Shown here: piece after piece, positions 43,576-57,780 of the stretch
Layout of the letters: every line of letters begins with the position of its first letter
Numbering within the stretch: the first letter of the stretch is position 1
Source of the DNA: the human T2T-CHM13v2.0 reference genome, Homo sapiens
Assembly (NCBI RefSeq): GCF_009914755.1
Contig: NC_060935.1
Direction: 5' to 3' (one strand)
DNA: 64,000 nt
Notes under the pieces: model-generated
Databases searched by the model: none
The model's input: the letters and a program-made list of their open reading frames with translations, nothing else
Told to the model about the DNA's origin: nothing
Made by a program: the position numbers and the translations under genes

Positions 43576-45280
43576 AGTGGCAGTAGTGACAGCGTTGGAG
43601 CAGTACTAATGATACTTTGTTGCAAGTCCCAAAGCCACAGGCTCCCTGGCAAACCCAGAGCTTCAGTTGGTCATCACTCTACAGGTGCTCAAGATAAGTG
43701 TTCAATAAATACTTATATCACACTGAATATTTACATTCTGAATATCTCTTCTACTGCCATTTTTTGTCCCTCTTTTTGCTCCTAAATGCATTTCCAAAGG
43801 CTTAAAAACAACCTCTGCATCCCATCCTCTGTATCTAAAATAATATGAATTGGGACCATGTTTTCTCATTTCTTGTGAGTCCTGTTCTTACCTTCCACTC
43901 TGTAGCAGGTAGTTGAATAGTTCAGTGCTCAATATATTATAACTATTTATTACTATTTTTAAAGTTGTGTTTAAGGAGAAACTGAAGTTAGATGACTTCT
44001 ACGGGGATCCAAAGCCCAAGGTACTCCAAACATTTTAGGTTTACCAGTATACAGATAGATGCTACCACTTTGGTAGGTCAGGGTGAAGGATAAAATCACT
44101 CTTGAGAGCCAAATGTGAATATTAAGTTTTCTTGAGTTATTCAGACCTTGTGAATACAAAATTTTAATCTGTGTAATTTTAATATATGAATTGATGTTTG
44201 ACAGATCCATCTCATTAAATTTATGGTTGATCTAGTTGTGGATTTTGTAAACAAAGAATCATGCAAACACTCTGGCTGTTAAAGAATAGCTGGCTTGTAT
44301 ATTTTTAAAAAACATTATGAAATATTTATAGATTCATGAGTCTATGAGTGCCCCCCTTCACCCAGCCTTCGCCACTGTTAACATTTACATACCTATAGTA
44401 CAATATCAAAACCAGGTAATTGACATTGGTACTATCCACAGACCTTATCAGATTTTATCAGCTATGCATGTACTCATTGTGTGTGTGTGTGTTTGTGTGT
44501 GTGATTGTATACAGTTTTTGTCACATTAGCTTCATGTAACTATTGCCACAATCAAAATATCACTAACCATATCATCACTGCAAGGCTTCTTTATACTTCC
44601 CTTTTAAAGCCATGGTCCCATCCCTAACCCTTTGAGACTACTAATCTGTTGTCCATTTATATAATTTTATTTCAAGAATGTTATATAGTCATGCATTATG
44701 TAACCTTATGATATTGGCCTCTTCCATTCAGCATAATAATCTTGAGATCTATCCAAGTTGTTATGTGTATCAATAGTTGGTTCCTTTTTGTTACTGTGTT
44801 GTATTGAATAGTATGGATGTACTACAGTTTGCTTAAGCATTCACTCATTTATTCATTGGAGGACATTTGGGTAGTTTCTAATATTTGGCTGTTACAAATA
44901 AAGATGCTATGAACATTCATGTACAAGTTTTTTGCATGAACATAAATTTTCATTTATTTGGGATAAATGCCTGAAAATGTGATATCTGGGTTTTATGCTA
45001 AGTTTTTAGTTTAAAAGAAACTTCAAACTATTAATGTTTATACAGAACGGCCATAATATTTTATGTTACCACCAGCAATATATGAGTAATAGAGTTTCTG
45101 CATCCTTACCAGAATTTGGTGTTATTACTATTTTTTATTTTAGTCATTCTGATAGATGGATAGTGATATCTCATTGTGGTTTTAATTTGTGTTTGCGTAA
45201 TGGGCAATGATGCTGACCATCTTTTCATGTTATCATCTGTATTTCCTCTTCAGTAAAATGTCTATTTATGCCTTTTGCCC

Positions 45281-45665
45281 CAATAAATGGGATAGCTGGC
45301 TAGCTATATGCAGAAGAATGAAACTGGACCCCTGCCTTTTACCATATACAAACATTCACTCAAGATGAATTAAAGATTTAAATGTAAGACCTCAAACTAT
45401 AAAAATCCTACAAGAAAACCTAGAAAATCAGTCTTGGTAAAGAATTTTTAGCTAAGCCTCCAAAAGCAATTGTAACAAAAAGAAAAATTGACAAGTTGGA
45501 CCTAATTAAACTAAAGAGCTTCTGTGCAACAAAAGAAACTAGCAACATAGTAGACAGACAACCTATAGAATGGGAGAAAATAGTTTCAAATTATGCATCT
45601 GACAAAGGTCTAATATCCAGAATCTCTAAAGAACTTAAACAAACCAAAACACAAATAACCCCACT
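45281..45665 (+). mobile_element. Internal L1PA-type ORF2 fragment inserted antisense in L1MD
   Basis: DLIKLKSFC...EWEKI translation; no 3'UTR, poly(A) or TSD; host rejoins TTTTGCCC|ATATTCTAATTGG. Confidence 0.85.
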
Positions 45666-48322
45666 ATATTCTAATTGGATTGTTTTGTTGTTGTTGTTTT
45701 TCACTGTTGAGTGTTGTGAGTTCTTTATATATTCTAGATATAAGTCCTTTATTAGATGTATGGTTTGCAGATATTCTCTCCCACTCTGTAATTTTTTATT
45801 CTATCCTCTTGAAAAGGTCTTTCACAGAGCAAAAGTGTTTAATTTTCATAAAGTCCAGTTAATCAATTTTTCCTTTAATGGATTGTGCTTTTAGTGCAAA
45901 GCATAAGAACTTTTTGCCTAGCCCCAGTTCCCAAATATTTTCTACTTTTTCCTAAAAGATTTATAGTTTTATACTTCACATTTAGGTCTTTAATCTATTT
46001 TGAATTAATTTGTATATAATATGTCAAGTTTAGTCAAATTTAGTTTTTTTTTGTTTTTTGTTTTGTTTTGTTTTTTGCCTCTGTATGTCCAATTTCTCAA
46101 GCACCATTTTTTTAAAAGGCTCTCCTTCTTTCTTTGGATTGGTTTTTCAGCTTTGTCAAGAAATCAACTGGGCATATTTGTATAACTTTATCTCTGGGTT
46201 CTCCATTCTCTTCCATTGATGTGCCTATATCTCTGACAATACCACACTCTTTTGAGTATTTGACTAATATTATATAGTAAGTTGCATGGTAGCTTTATAA
46301 TAAGCAATACACTAGGTAGAGTTCTTCCTCCCATTTCAGGGTTATTTGTCAAAAGTTTTAGAGATCCTTGGGACTTTTACTTTCCATATAAACTTTAGAA
46401 TGAACTTGTCTCTATCTACAGAACCTTGCTGGGATTTTGATAGGAATCCTGTTAGACATGTAGTTTAATTTGGGGAGAAATGACATTTTTACTATGTTGA
46501 GTCTTCCAATCCTTTAACATGGAAAATTTCTGCACTTATGTGAGTCTTCTTTGTTTTTTTTAATGAATATTTTATAATTTTCAATATACAGATTCTGTAG
46601 GTATTTTGTTAAATTTATACGAAGTACTTAACTTTCTTTGGAGCAATTGAAAATGATATTGCATTGTTATACTTCAGTTTCCACATATACATTGTTAATA
46701 TAGAGAAATGCAATTAATTTTTATGTTAATATTAAATCCTGCAACTGTGTTGAACTCATTAGGTCTAGGTTTCTTCTTCTTTTTCTTCTTCTTTTTCTTT
46801 TTTCTTTGGTAAATTCCTTGGGATTTTCTACACAGACCATTATGTAATCTGAAAATAGAGCATTTTATTTTTCCCTTTCCATTCTGTATGATCTTTCTGG
46901 TTTCTTGCCTTATTGCACTGGCTAGACCTCTCAGTACTATGTTAAGTAAGAGAGATAAGACAGAAATCCTTTCCAATCTCAAAGGAAAAGCATTCAGTCT
47001 TTCACGATTAAATATGATGTTAGTTGCAGATGTTTTGTAGAGGTTCTTGATCAAGCTGAGGAAGCTTCCCTTTATTCCTACTTTGCTGAGGGTTTTTATC
47101 TTGAATGAGTGTTTGCTTGTTACATGCTTTTCGTGCAATGATCAGTATGATCATGTGATTTTTTATATTAGTCTGTCGATACGGTGAATTACATTGAATG
47201 ATTTTCAAATATTGAACCAGCCTTACATAGCTGAAATAAAACTCATTTGGTCATGGCTTATTATTCTTTTTTATACATTGCTGGATTCAATTTAATGAAA
47301 TTTTGTTAAGGATTTTTGCATCCCAGTTCATAAGAATTATTGATTTGTATTTTTTCTTCTTTTGTACTGTGTCTGGTTTCATATCAAGGTAGTACTGGCC
47401 TCATAAAATGAGTTAGAAAGTGATTGCTTCTTTTCTATTTTGAAAAAGAGATAGTGTGAAATTGGTGTTAATTCTTTAAATGCTTGGCAAAATTCTCCAG
47501 TGAAATAATCTGGACCTGGAAATTTCTTTTTGGAGAGATTTGTAATTATAAATTCAATTTTTTAAATAGTTGTAGAACTGTTCAGATTTTCTATTTCATC
47601 TTGGCTGAGTTTTCATTGTGATTTTTGGGAATTAGTCCATTTCTTTGAAATTGTTGAATTTATGAGTGTAAAGTTGTTCATATATTTCATATTATTCTTT
47701 TAATGACTGTAAAATCTGTGGCAATATCTCCTGTTTGATATTGGTAATTTGTGTCTTCTTACTTTTGATCTTTACCAGTCTAGCTAGAGAGTTATCAATT
47801 ATATCAATTTTTTCCACTAATAATCAGCTTTTTATTTCATGAATTCTTTCTATTGCTTTTCCTATTTCAGATTCATTTATTTCTGTCATTATCTTAATTT
47901 TTTTCCTTCCGCTTGACTTCGGTATATTTTGCTCTTCCTTTTGTTGTTTCTTGAGCTAGCGACTTAAATTACTGACTTGCGATTATTTCTCTTTTCTAAT
48001 GTAAGCCTTTGGTGCTATAAATTTTTCTTTTGCCACTTTAGCTGCATCTTACAAATTCTGATGTTGTTTCTTCATTTTTGTTAAGTTGTATTTAGTCTGT
48101 AAAAACGCCCTTTGAGACTTTCTCATTTACCTATGGCTTATTTAAAAGTGTGTCATTTAACTTCCATGTGCCTAAAGGTTTTTCTGTTTTTGTTTTGCTA
48201 CTGATTTCTAGTCTTATTCCATAAGGTTAGAAAACATACTCTATTTGATTTCAATTTCTTAACATTTGTTAATAGCTGTTTTATGACCCAGTATATAGTC
48301 TATTATGATGAATATTCCATGG

Positions 48323-48525
<203 letters not shown>

Positions 48526-50299
48526 TAGCCATTGTTTAATGGTAGGTCTGTTGGTGACAAATTCTCTTAGTTTTCCTTTGCCTGATAATGTCTTTATTTC
48601 CCCCTTCATTCTTGAAGGATAGTTTTGCTAGATACAGGATTCATGGTTTTGGATTTTCTTCTTTCAGGGATTGAAATATATTGTGTCAGGTCCTTCTGGC
48701 CTTCATAGTTTCAAACGAGAAATCCTCTGTCATTCAAATTTGTGTTTGTCTGTAGGTAATGCATCATTTCTCTTTGGCTGTTTTTAAGATTTTGTTTTAT
48801 TTCGTTTCAGTTTTCAGAAGTTTAATTATAATGTGTCTTAGTGTGGATTTCCTTGGATTTATCTTATTTAGGTTCACTTGGCTTCTTGAATCTATGTGTT
48901 TATGCATTTCACCAAATTTGAAAGTTTTCAGCCAGTATGTTTTTTGAATACTTTTTCAGCAACACAGTATATTTCTTCTCTCTCTGAGATGCTAATGATA
49001 AAATATTATATCTTTGTTTTGATCCTACAGAGCCTCTGAGGCTCTGTTAAATTTTTTGTTTATTTTTCCTTTTTTGTACAAGTAAATTCTATTGATTTGT
49101 CCTTAAGTTCACTGATTCTGTCTTATCATCATCACTCTACTACTAAGCTCATCTGGTGACTTTTTATTTGTTATTGTCTCTTTAAATTCTATTTTCTGCA
49201 TTTGTTTCTTTTTTATGACTTCTATTTCTTTGTTGGAATTGTGTGTTTTTGATGTGTTTCAAGAAAATCTGTAACTGTTTGTTGAAACATTTTTATAATG
49301 ATTGCCTTAAAATCCTTTTCAGATAATTCCAACATCTGAGTCTCTTCAAAGTTGGCATCAGTTGATTGTCATTTCTCATAAAAGTTGTATGTTTCCTTGT
49401 TCTTGGTAAGATGAATGACTTCCACTTGTACCCTGGACATTTTGGGTATTATTTTAGAACATGCTTCATACTACTTAGATCTTTTATTTTTAGTAAGCAG
49501 TCACCCTTTTGGGGCTTAGCGTATAAGTTCTGGTCTACTTTTGTGAGTTATAGTTCCATGACAATTTGTTTTCAGAGTTCTTGCAATGCTAATAGTCTAC
49601 CTTGTTCTTCTGCTGCTATTTGGGCTCCTGCTTTATTACTGCAGGTGCCTCGTGGGCTGTTTGATGGGTATGGAGGAAGGGATGGGTCCTGTTCAGGTTT
49701 GCTAATGCTTCGCCTGAGGATGGATTGGCCTACCTGTTGTCTTGGATATGGGATAGGTACCCTACTGATGTTGATGCAGGTGGAACCCACCACCATTCTA
49801 TTATTGGATGGGGTTTGCTGATGTTGACACTGAAGAGAGTGCGGCTTGCCAGCATGTGTGGGGTGGGGAATGGTTCAGTCTGCTGTGCTACTATTGCTGC
49901 TGCAGGCAGATCAGTCTCTTGGTCCTGCCACAGATCAGCATGAGGACCAGAGGATTATTTCTCTGGTAGGACTCTTCTGGGCTTACCCTTTCCCTGCCTC
50001 TGGCCAGAGCCAGCAGGCTTTTGGTGTTTGTTTTTCAATGCTATGCCTGTTGGTGGTTTGGGGTTGTAAGCCTCCCTGGTGCTCAGCATGGGATATATGG
50101 GAGATAAAAAGAAAACCAGGGAAATCACTATGGTGTCTCACATCCTGAAATCCCTAGCCAGTCAACTTTTCTTTTTTCCATATTTCGGAGTCCTTTTACA
50201 ATCATCTGTTGAGTTATTTCCAGAGTATTTAGTTATATTTAGAGGAGAGGGAGAGGTAAAAGTGAGTCTGTAACATCTTATCTCACAATAAACTTTTAC

Positions 50300-50990
50300 A
50301 ATTGAAAAATGGGAAGAGACAAACAATTTCTGGCAGGAAAAGCAATATGAGAGAGGAAGTCTAGTCATACTAGATAATTAAAGCATGTCAGAAAATATAA
50401 TTATTAAAGTATGGGTACAAAACTGTAGAGATCAGTGGGAAAAAATAAAGAGTCCAGAAAGAGCCAACAAAAGTGGCAATATGGTGTTTCAACCCAGTGG
50501 TATTGAGGGAAATGACATTTGGAAAAGAAAGTTAAAGCTGTATTCCTGTCTCCAAATAAATTCCTGATTAATAACAACATATATTAAATATTAAGCAATA
50601 AAAAGAATTTTTAAATTGGTAAGTTATTTAATAATCTTGAATTAGAAAATAACTTTTTAAGCATGGCTCCAAACTCAGATGCTATACAAAGAAAAAACTG
50701 ATACATTTAATTATCTAAAATATAAATAAAACATATGTGATGAAAGTAGTATAAATGAAATCAGAATACAACAATAAATAGAAAAAAGATCAAAATATAC
50801 TTTAAAAATTTTAAATAGTACATTCACTACAAAGAAAGAAATTGAATAAAAATGGGCAAAGTACATGAACAGGCTGTTCAGAAGAAAAGAAATAAAGATG
50901 GCCAATAAACATATGAAAGAAAGATAAACTCAGAATTTATAAAGAACAAATTAAAACAGTGAGAAAACTTTCTTCCTCTCATTATTTAAA
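50300..50990 (+). mobile_element. Degraded L1M ORF2 3' fragment
   Basis: AAAAATGGGCAAAGTACATGAACAGGC...GATGGCCAATAAACATATGAAA. Confidence 0.65.
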
Positions 50991-51049
50991 AAATTACAAA
51001 TTTAATAAATATGCCTTATAAAAATATATAAAATATATGGTGTTAATAA

Positions 51050-52350
51050 AGTTTCCTTCTATGCTTCATACTCTCAAGCTTGAAATCTCACTCCCTTCCC
51101 TAGAAGTATCTCTATTAAAAGTCTGCTATTCCTTGAAGGCCTGTCTCTATGTGATTAAAAGTGTACATGTGTATCTTTCTTGGAAAAAAATTGGACCCTC
51201 TTTGTAAATTGTTTTGCACCTGGCTTTTTACAATTTACAGGAAATTTGTCAATTTCCTGACTTATCAGTTCTTATAGAGTCATTTTATTTGTTTTAATGG
51301 CTATGTGAGATTTACAATATAACTATACCTTACTTTAACTATTTATTGACAGTCATTAAAATTTTTTATTACAAAAAATGTCATATTACATATAACTTTG
51401 TGTGCACTTATTTTGTAATTGCTTTCTGTAGAATAGATTACTTAGAAGTGAAATTGCTAAATCAAATGACATATGAATTTGTATATTAGAGGATGTGGGG
51501 ATGTGCCAAATTGCCATTTAAAAACTGTTTTTAGCATATTTTTCTACCAAAGTTAGAGAATATCTGTTTCTTCAAATAGTCACCGTTTCTTGATATTAAT
51601 CTTTTAAAACATTTTGCCAATGTGATAAGTGAAAAAAAAGATATCAAGATTGTTTTGACTCTTTGAGTGTTGCATTGAATATCTTTTTATACTTTTATAA
51701 TTAATATTTGTTTATCTATTGATTATCAGTTGATAGCCTTGTCTGGCTTTCTGTTGATTGTCAGTTTATTGATATATAGAAACATTTTTCAATATGGATA
51801 TTAATCTTTTGTATACGTTATAAATTTTACCTTTCATTTTCTTATTTTTATTTTACTTTTCTTTACTCTTTCTTTTTAGAGAAAATTTAAATTTGATGTA
51901 GCCTAATCTGTCTATAGTTATTTTGTGACTTCTAGATTTTATGTATTATTTAGTAAGATTTTCCCATGCCAGAATTGTAAAATTATGTCCTCTAACATGC
52001 TTAGTTTTATTGTGAAGACTTTAATTCATCTTTAATTAATTTTTATATGCTGTGAATAGGAATCCACTTAAAAAAATGAATAGACAATTGTCCCAATAAT
52101 TATCTCAATACTATTTATTGAATAGTGTATCCTTTATTTCCCCACTAATTTGAAATGCCAATTTTTTTCATATACTACATCAATTCTATTGATTATTTTT
52201 TGGACTTCCTATTCTGTGCTACCAAATAATTTATTTATTCCAGTAATAAGATCACACTGTTTTAATTACTTTAGTTTTACTTTTGTTTTATTATTTGGAA
52301 AAAGAAGTACTCAAACCCCGACACTGTTTTCCTTTATCGAAAATGTCTAG
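51050..52350 (-). mobile_element. Degraded L1ME-type 3' fragment
   Basis: T-rich; TTAGAAGTGAAATTGCTAAATCAAA, TTTTGCCAATGTGATAAGTGAAA. Confidence 0.65.
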
Positions 52351-52354
52351 GCTA

Positions 52355-52519
52355 GGGTAGGGTGTGGGGTGTATGATAAAAAATTACTAAATAAGTATAA
52401 TGTACATTATATGAGTGATGGCTACCCTAAAAGCCCTGAATGCATACAATCTATATACATAGTATACAATGTATGCATGTTACAAAATTAGACTTGTGCC
52501 CCATAGATTTATACAAAAA
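52355..52519 (+). mobile_element. Short 5'-truncated L1PB4-like 3'UTR insertion
   Basis: GTGATGGCTACCCTAAAAGCCCTGA; TSD gaaaatgtctaggcta/gaaattctaggcta. Confidence 0.8.
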
Positions 52520-52575
52520 GAAATTCTAGGCTAATAATCAAGATATATTAGTAAGACAAAAAGCCAGAGCGAAAA

Positions 52576-52612
<37 letters not shown>
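52576..52612. repeat. (TG)n(AG)n compound microsatellite
   Basis: Read directly from the sequence. Confidence 0.92.
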
Positions 52613-52853
52613 TTTAAATATTGGAAGAAACATAGGCAATATTTGGAGGACACATAAAAAACTGCAATAGTTACCTCTAGGGAGTGGAACCATTGGGAAT
52701 ACTACTGATGAGTGAGCCTTCTCACTTTGGATAATTCCTCACTACGTATTCTTTAAAAAAAATAAGTACGCTTTTCTTTTACAATTAAAAACAGAATCTG
52801 GTTTTCTGTGATAGAAACCCAAGTCTATGTGAGGGCACATCCGGTGTATCACA

Positions 52854-53034
52854 CAGTATTTCTCAACTGTGGCTCCACATTAGAATTACTTCGGAGATTT
52901 TTAAGAAATACGGGCACCCAAGGATCTGCCCCCAGAGATTCTGATTTCAGAGTCTGAGGGAGGGCCTGGGACATCAGCATATTTTAGAAGTTTCCCAGAC
53001 AGTTTGAATGTGCAGCCTCAGCTGAGAACCACTG
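52854..53034. mobile_element. MER5A MITE
   Basis: TIRs CAGTATTTCTCA / TGAGAACCACTG; CCCCAGAGATTCTGATTT core. Confidence 0.85.
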
Positions 53035-53239
53035 CTGTAGATGATGTGAGACTTAAAAGAGTCCCCAGAAGGCCACTGTGCTGAGGTATTTTCAGAATAT
53101 AATTACTTGGGGATGCGATCCAAGGTAATCCATCACTTCTGTGGCAGGCTAAGTCCTGGCATGAGATTGAGAGCAAACAAGTCCAAGGGGAGATGTGGAA
53201 AAGAACTTTGCTCAAATATATATGAAAATATCCCTCTCT

Positions 53240-53930
53240 GTGGAAGGCAATTGTGTTGAAAGGTAGACTCACTTAGGCTCCCTCAGCATATAAAGGATTC
53301 TTGAAAACTAGTCATGACCATGAGAGGTACAGGAATCGCATGGAAAACCAGAAACAGCGAAACAGCTGCACCTCAGAAGCCCAGACTGTGGCTGGTACCG
53401 GAAGGTTCTACTGGAGCTCCAGGAATCACAGTTATTTTGAGATCTCTCACCGGAGTCTTTCAAACGTCTTTCATCTGGAGAATCACTTTGTTAAAATGAA
53501 ATGGCTTTTGGAAACCTGATGTGGAAACATGATTGAGAAGGAGCTATTCCAAGCCACATACCTCCCTCACCTAAAACCCCTCCCTGAAGAAATCTGAGAA
53601 GTGGCTGGAAACCCAATATTTGTAGCTCTCTCTTTCCCTCTCTCTTTTCTTTTGTGTGTGTCTTTTGGTGCTTCTCCCTATCTGCTGATTCTGCCTCTAT
53701 ATTCCTGACAGGGCATCTGATTAGCCCGTCAATTGTCTGCCCTGATTGAGCGAGATTTTCCACACGAGGTGACTACACAGGTGGAGTCATGTGTCCACTC
53801 TTGATCAGCTGGGCTAGAGAGGTGGTGAGGAGCAGAAGAAGAAATGGGGTGCCTAGGGATTGAAGGAGGAGGGTGTGCGTAAGTTAGTTTCCCTTAGAAG
53901 AGAGAGTGGATGGAACATAAACCATGATTA
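53240..53930 (-). mobile_element. Old MaLR LTR (MLT1M/N-like)
   Basis: AGACTCACTTAGGCT near the LTR 3' end, TCTGATTAGCCC, ATCAGCTGGGC; highly diverged. Confidence 0.45.
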
Positions 53931-54174
53931 ACCTGTCCAGGCCAAGCATTAAGTCAGCCTTCAGTGAATATTGAATTGGAGGGTAAATTTCAACAGGTAT
54001 AAAATTGCTTAAAGTAAACATGCTAAGGGGAAACCTGTTGAGAATATGTAGAGATCTCTGAACACAACAATTCCAAAAGCCTTTTCTGGCTCTAAGAATC
54101 TAGGCTTTTAAAAGATCTTAAGAGCCTAGGAGGTCAGGAGAATAAAATTCATTTTCCTTTGGGATGGGGTCTGT

Positions 54175-54851
54175 ACCATGTGTAGCTATTGAGCATTTGA
54201 AATGTGGATAGTCCAAGTGGACATGTGGCATAAGTGAAAATAGACACCGATTTCACCGATTTTGAAGATTGGGATGGAAAAAAATCTAACATTTTCAATA
54301 ATAATGTTTTATTCTGATTGTGTGTTAAAATAGTATTGTGACTAAAGTGGATTAAATAAAATATATTATTAAAATTAATTTCACCTGTACTACTTTTTTT
54401 TTTTAAATGTGGTGTTATGGATTGAATGTTTGTGCTATCACAAATTCATATGTTGAAGCCCTAACCCTTGAGGAGATGGTATTTGGAGGTGGGACCTTTG
54501 GGAGGTGAATAAATTTAGGTGAGTCTTCAAGGTAGGCCCCCATGATGGAATTGGTATCCTTATAAGAACTAGGAGAGTCCAGAGTGCTCTGTCTTTCCAC
54601 TACATGAGGACACAGGGAGAAGGTGGTCATCAGCAACCTAGGAAGAGAGTCCTTGCCAGGGAACAGAATTGACCAGGACCTTAATCTAGAATTTCCCAAC
54701 CTTCAGAACTGTGAGAAATAAATAATTGTTATTGAAACCACCTAGACTGTGGTATTTTGTTATAGCAGCTGGAGCTGACTAACACATGTGGCTATTAGAA
54801 TATTTAAAATTATATATGCAGCTCACATTCTCTTTCTAATGGACAGTGCTG
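54175..54851. mobile_element. MER33 hAT MITE split by MLT1A
   Basis: AAAATTAATTTCACCTGT...AAATGTGG | CTATTAGAA...GGACAGTGCTG. Confidence 0.8.
54413..54786 (+). mobile_element. MLT1A solo LTR
   Basis: TGTTATGGATTGAATG...GACTAACACA; perfect TSD TGTGG. Confidence 0.9.
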
Positions 54852-55399
54852 GATTGGTTGGCAACTGTGATGTTTTCACCTGTTCGGGTATGGCTGTAAA
54901 GATCTATATATTAACAACAGCCCTTTGCTGTGGGGCCCATGTCAATATCCTATTCTTGGCTCATAATCAGAGAGCTGTGGCCATTTATCTTATTCGGGCT
55001 CTTTGTCTCTTTGCCTCATAGACTTCAGCCTAGCTCCTTCTCTCACATAGCAACACTTAATCCTCTCCTGGGGTTTCCCAACCTCCCACACCCAGGTGGT
55101 GTTGTTTATGGCTCCATCTCAGCAAGTCCTTACAGAGCATTCCTCTGCCTCTTCACCTCTGTTGCTCTTTCCTGACTAGTTTTTCCCCTCCCTTTCTAGA
55201 ACTAGCACATATCAATGGATTCTTGTTTGCAATCTCACCCATTTTTTACACATCTTTTTTTCAGAGAAGTGTCTTCTAGCCAGCAGCTTATCCTTTGAGA
55301 TAAATGACTCCTCACATTTTATTCTGTTTCTCCATGGAATGCAGTCTGCAGATGGGACAACATCACTTCCAGAAGTGTATCTACTTCACATGCTAATAG

Positions 55400-55960
55400 T
55401 GATAATAATAGAAACAACTACTATTGTCATTTACTTAGTTTTTATTTCTGGCCAGGATCTGTACTAGGTAAATTACAGACATTTCTCACTTAATCCCTAC
55501 CATAGCCCTACAAAGCATGTGCTATGATACCCTATTACAGATAGAAAAAATTAGGATGAGTGATGTTATATACCTTGCTCACAGATCACTGCTAATAAAT
55601 GGTAGATCTAAAATTTAAATCCAGATTTGTCTCCAAAGTCCTTGCTCTCATCCACGATATATATACTGCCTCCCACATTCTGTATCACTTCCCAAGTTAA
55701 GCAAGCAAGTTGGAATTCAGTGCTGCATAGCAAGTGAGCTCTATAAGCAAATTTGCTGAAATGATAACAGTACTATGTATTTGTGCACTGCTTTGATGAT
55801 TCTCCAGTTGGCATCTGATTTTCACAAAATTCAAAGATGGAAGAATAAACTTTATGAGTTCTATTTCATACCCATAAAAAACTAAGCTCTGGGGAGATAA
55901 GGTGATTTGTCCTGAGTCATTACATTAAAAAGCCACAAACCAGATGAGAACCCAGTTCTT
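55400..55960 (-). mobile_element. Two MIR fragments
   Basis: CACTTAATCCCTACCATAGCCCTA...TTACAGATAGAAAAA; AAACTAAGCTCTGGGGAGATAAGGTGATTTGTCC. Confidence 0.65.
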
Positions 55961-57579
55961 TTGGAATATTTGTTTTCTTTTTTCTTTGCTCCTCAGTGTC
56001 CTTGGGCATTGTGCTGCCTACTGGCAGAAGTTAATGACAAATCTTTTGTTATGATTTCCGATTTAACCCTGCTTTATGTGAGGAGTTTGCAAGTATAGAC
56101 TCACTTGAGTTTCTCAGCTGTAGGTATGTCAGTCTCCTTCATCCAACAAGAATTACCTGAGCCTGAGTATGGCCATGCACCGTGCTAACAGTGGGAACGG
56201 AAGGGTGAACAAGATGTGATTTTATCCTGAGGAGACAACTTCTAATGGAAGAGTATTATCCTGCAATGGAAAAATCATTGTCCTAATGGAATATAAAAAG
56301 CTGTGAGAAGCACAAAGGAAGAAAGAAATAGGTCTGCCTGGTAGGGTTTCATGGTAGAGGAGATTTCTGAGTGTGGTCTCAATGAACCAACTTCAGAGAT
56401 GAAAAGCCTGAGTCGCTGAGAGTTCTGCAAAGGACCACATAATTTTAAAACTTCATTAGCTTCCTAAAAATATGCTTGTTGCCACAACTCCTTAGAGAGA
56501 AGATAGCACAAATTATTTATTGGAATATTTAAAATATTAACATCAATAAATTCCCCAGCAGCTTCACAAATACTCTGCCCAGTTGGATAAACCAATCTGA
56601 AATAATGGTTTCCAAGTGACTCAAACTCTTCAATTCTACAAAGCCAGTAAGAATTCTTGGATACAAACAAGAAGCCTAGAATAAGTATCTCAACTCTCTA
56701 AACATCAGCCATTTTAGACAGAGGAGGAGTCTATCCCTCTAGCATTTCATGTACTTTTATTCATGTAAAAAGGTATTTTTTTTTCTCACAGTGAATACCT
56801 AGAATGTTTTTCTATTCCAAACAAGTGTAAGATTATTGTAGGTGCCACTGAAATTTTATCACTTGAATATTAAGAGTGAAGATAGATTCTGATATGTTTG
56901 GAACTATTTGGAGCTAGAAGGAAAATAACTTTTCAAGCTTAGAAACGGAAACTCGTCAGAACCAAACCCTTGGAGCAGCCCAGGAGGAGACTTCCCTCTG
57001 TTCTACTGTGGTCCACAGGCCACTGATGATTAGGATTTTTGGATAGCTGACATAAACTAGACCTAGATCCTAGATGACGGAGATCTTAAGTATTTCTGGT
57101 GGAGAAGGAAGATCCCATTGTGTGACCTCTTCCCTCTTGTGCTTCAGTGGGTTGTTTGGTTTGTCTTCTGGGTGTGACCAGAAAGATTTACACCCTCTAC
57201 TTGTAACCAAGATGGACTATTCCTTCTGATTCCTGACTCACTGAAGAAGGAGGTCTACATCTGCAAGGCTGGAGAGCATCTCTCCTTCAAGCAGCCTTTG
57301 AAGCACAGAACAAGGGGCAGGAGTTCCGGGAACAGCTCAGCAGCACTGAGGATTGCTGGTGAATATTAATATTTTGTTGAGACTCTGAAAGTGAATTGTT
57401 TCACAGAAGCGTTAAAAAATGTAATGGGCTATCTGGCGAGGGAGTGAGCTCCTTATCACTGGTAGTATTTAAGTATTGGCTGAATAAGCATATACTGGAA
57501 AGTCATGCATAAGGCAAGAGTTGGACTAAAGGCCCTGAGATCCATTCCAACTTCCAGATTTCATTATTTGCAGATCCCT

Positions 57580-57780
57580 GGTTTACCCTGTGCATGCATC
57601 TATGCTTGTACTTGGTATGTTGTTCTGTAATGATACGTTCATATACATGTCTCCTCCTCAAGTTTGAAAGCTACTTGAAGAAAGATACAATATTTGTTGT
57701 TTTTCTATTCCATGTGTTTAGTGCAGTGACTAGTACCTAGGAGACACCAAGTTAGTATTTATCAAATGAATGAATGAATT
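57580..57780 (+). mobile_element. L2 3' end
   Basis: Ends TATTTATCAAATGAATGAATGAAT. Confidence 0.65.
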
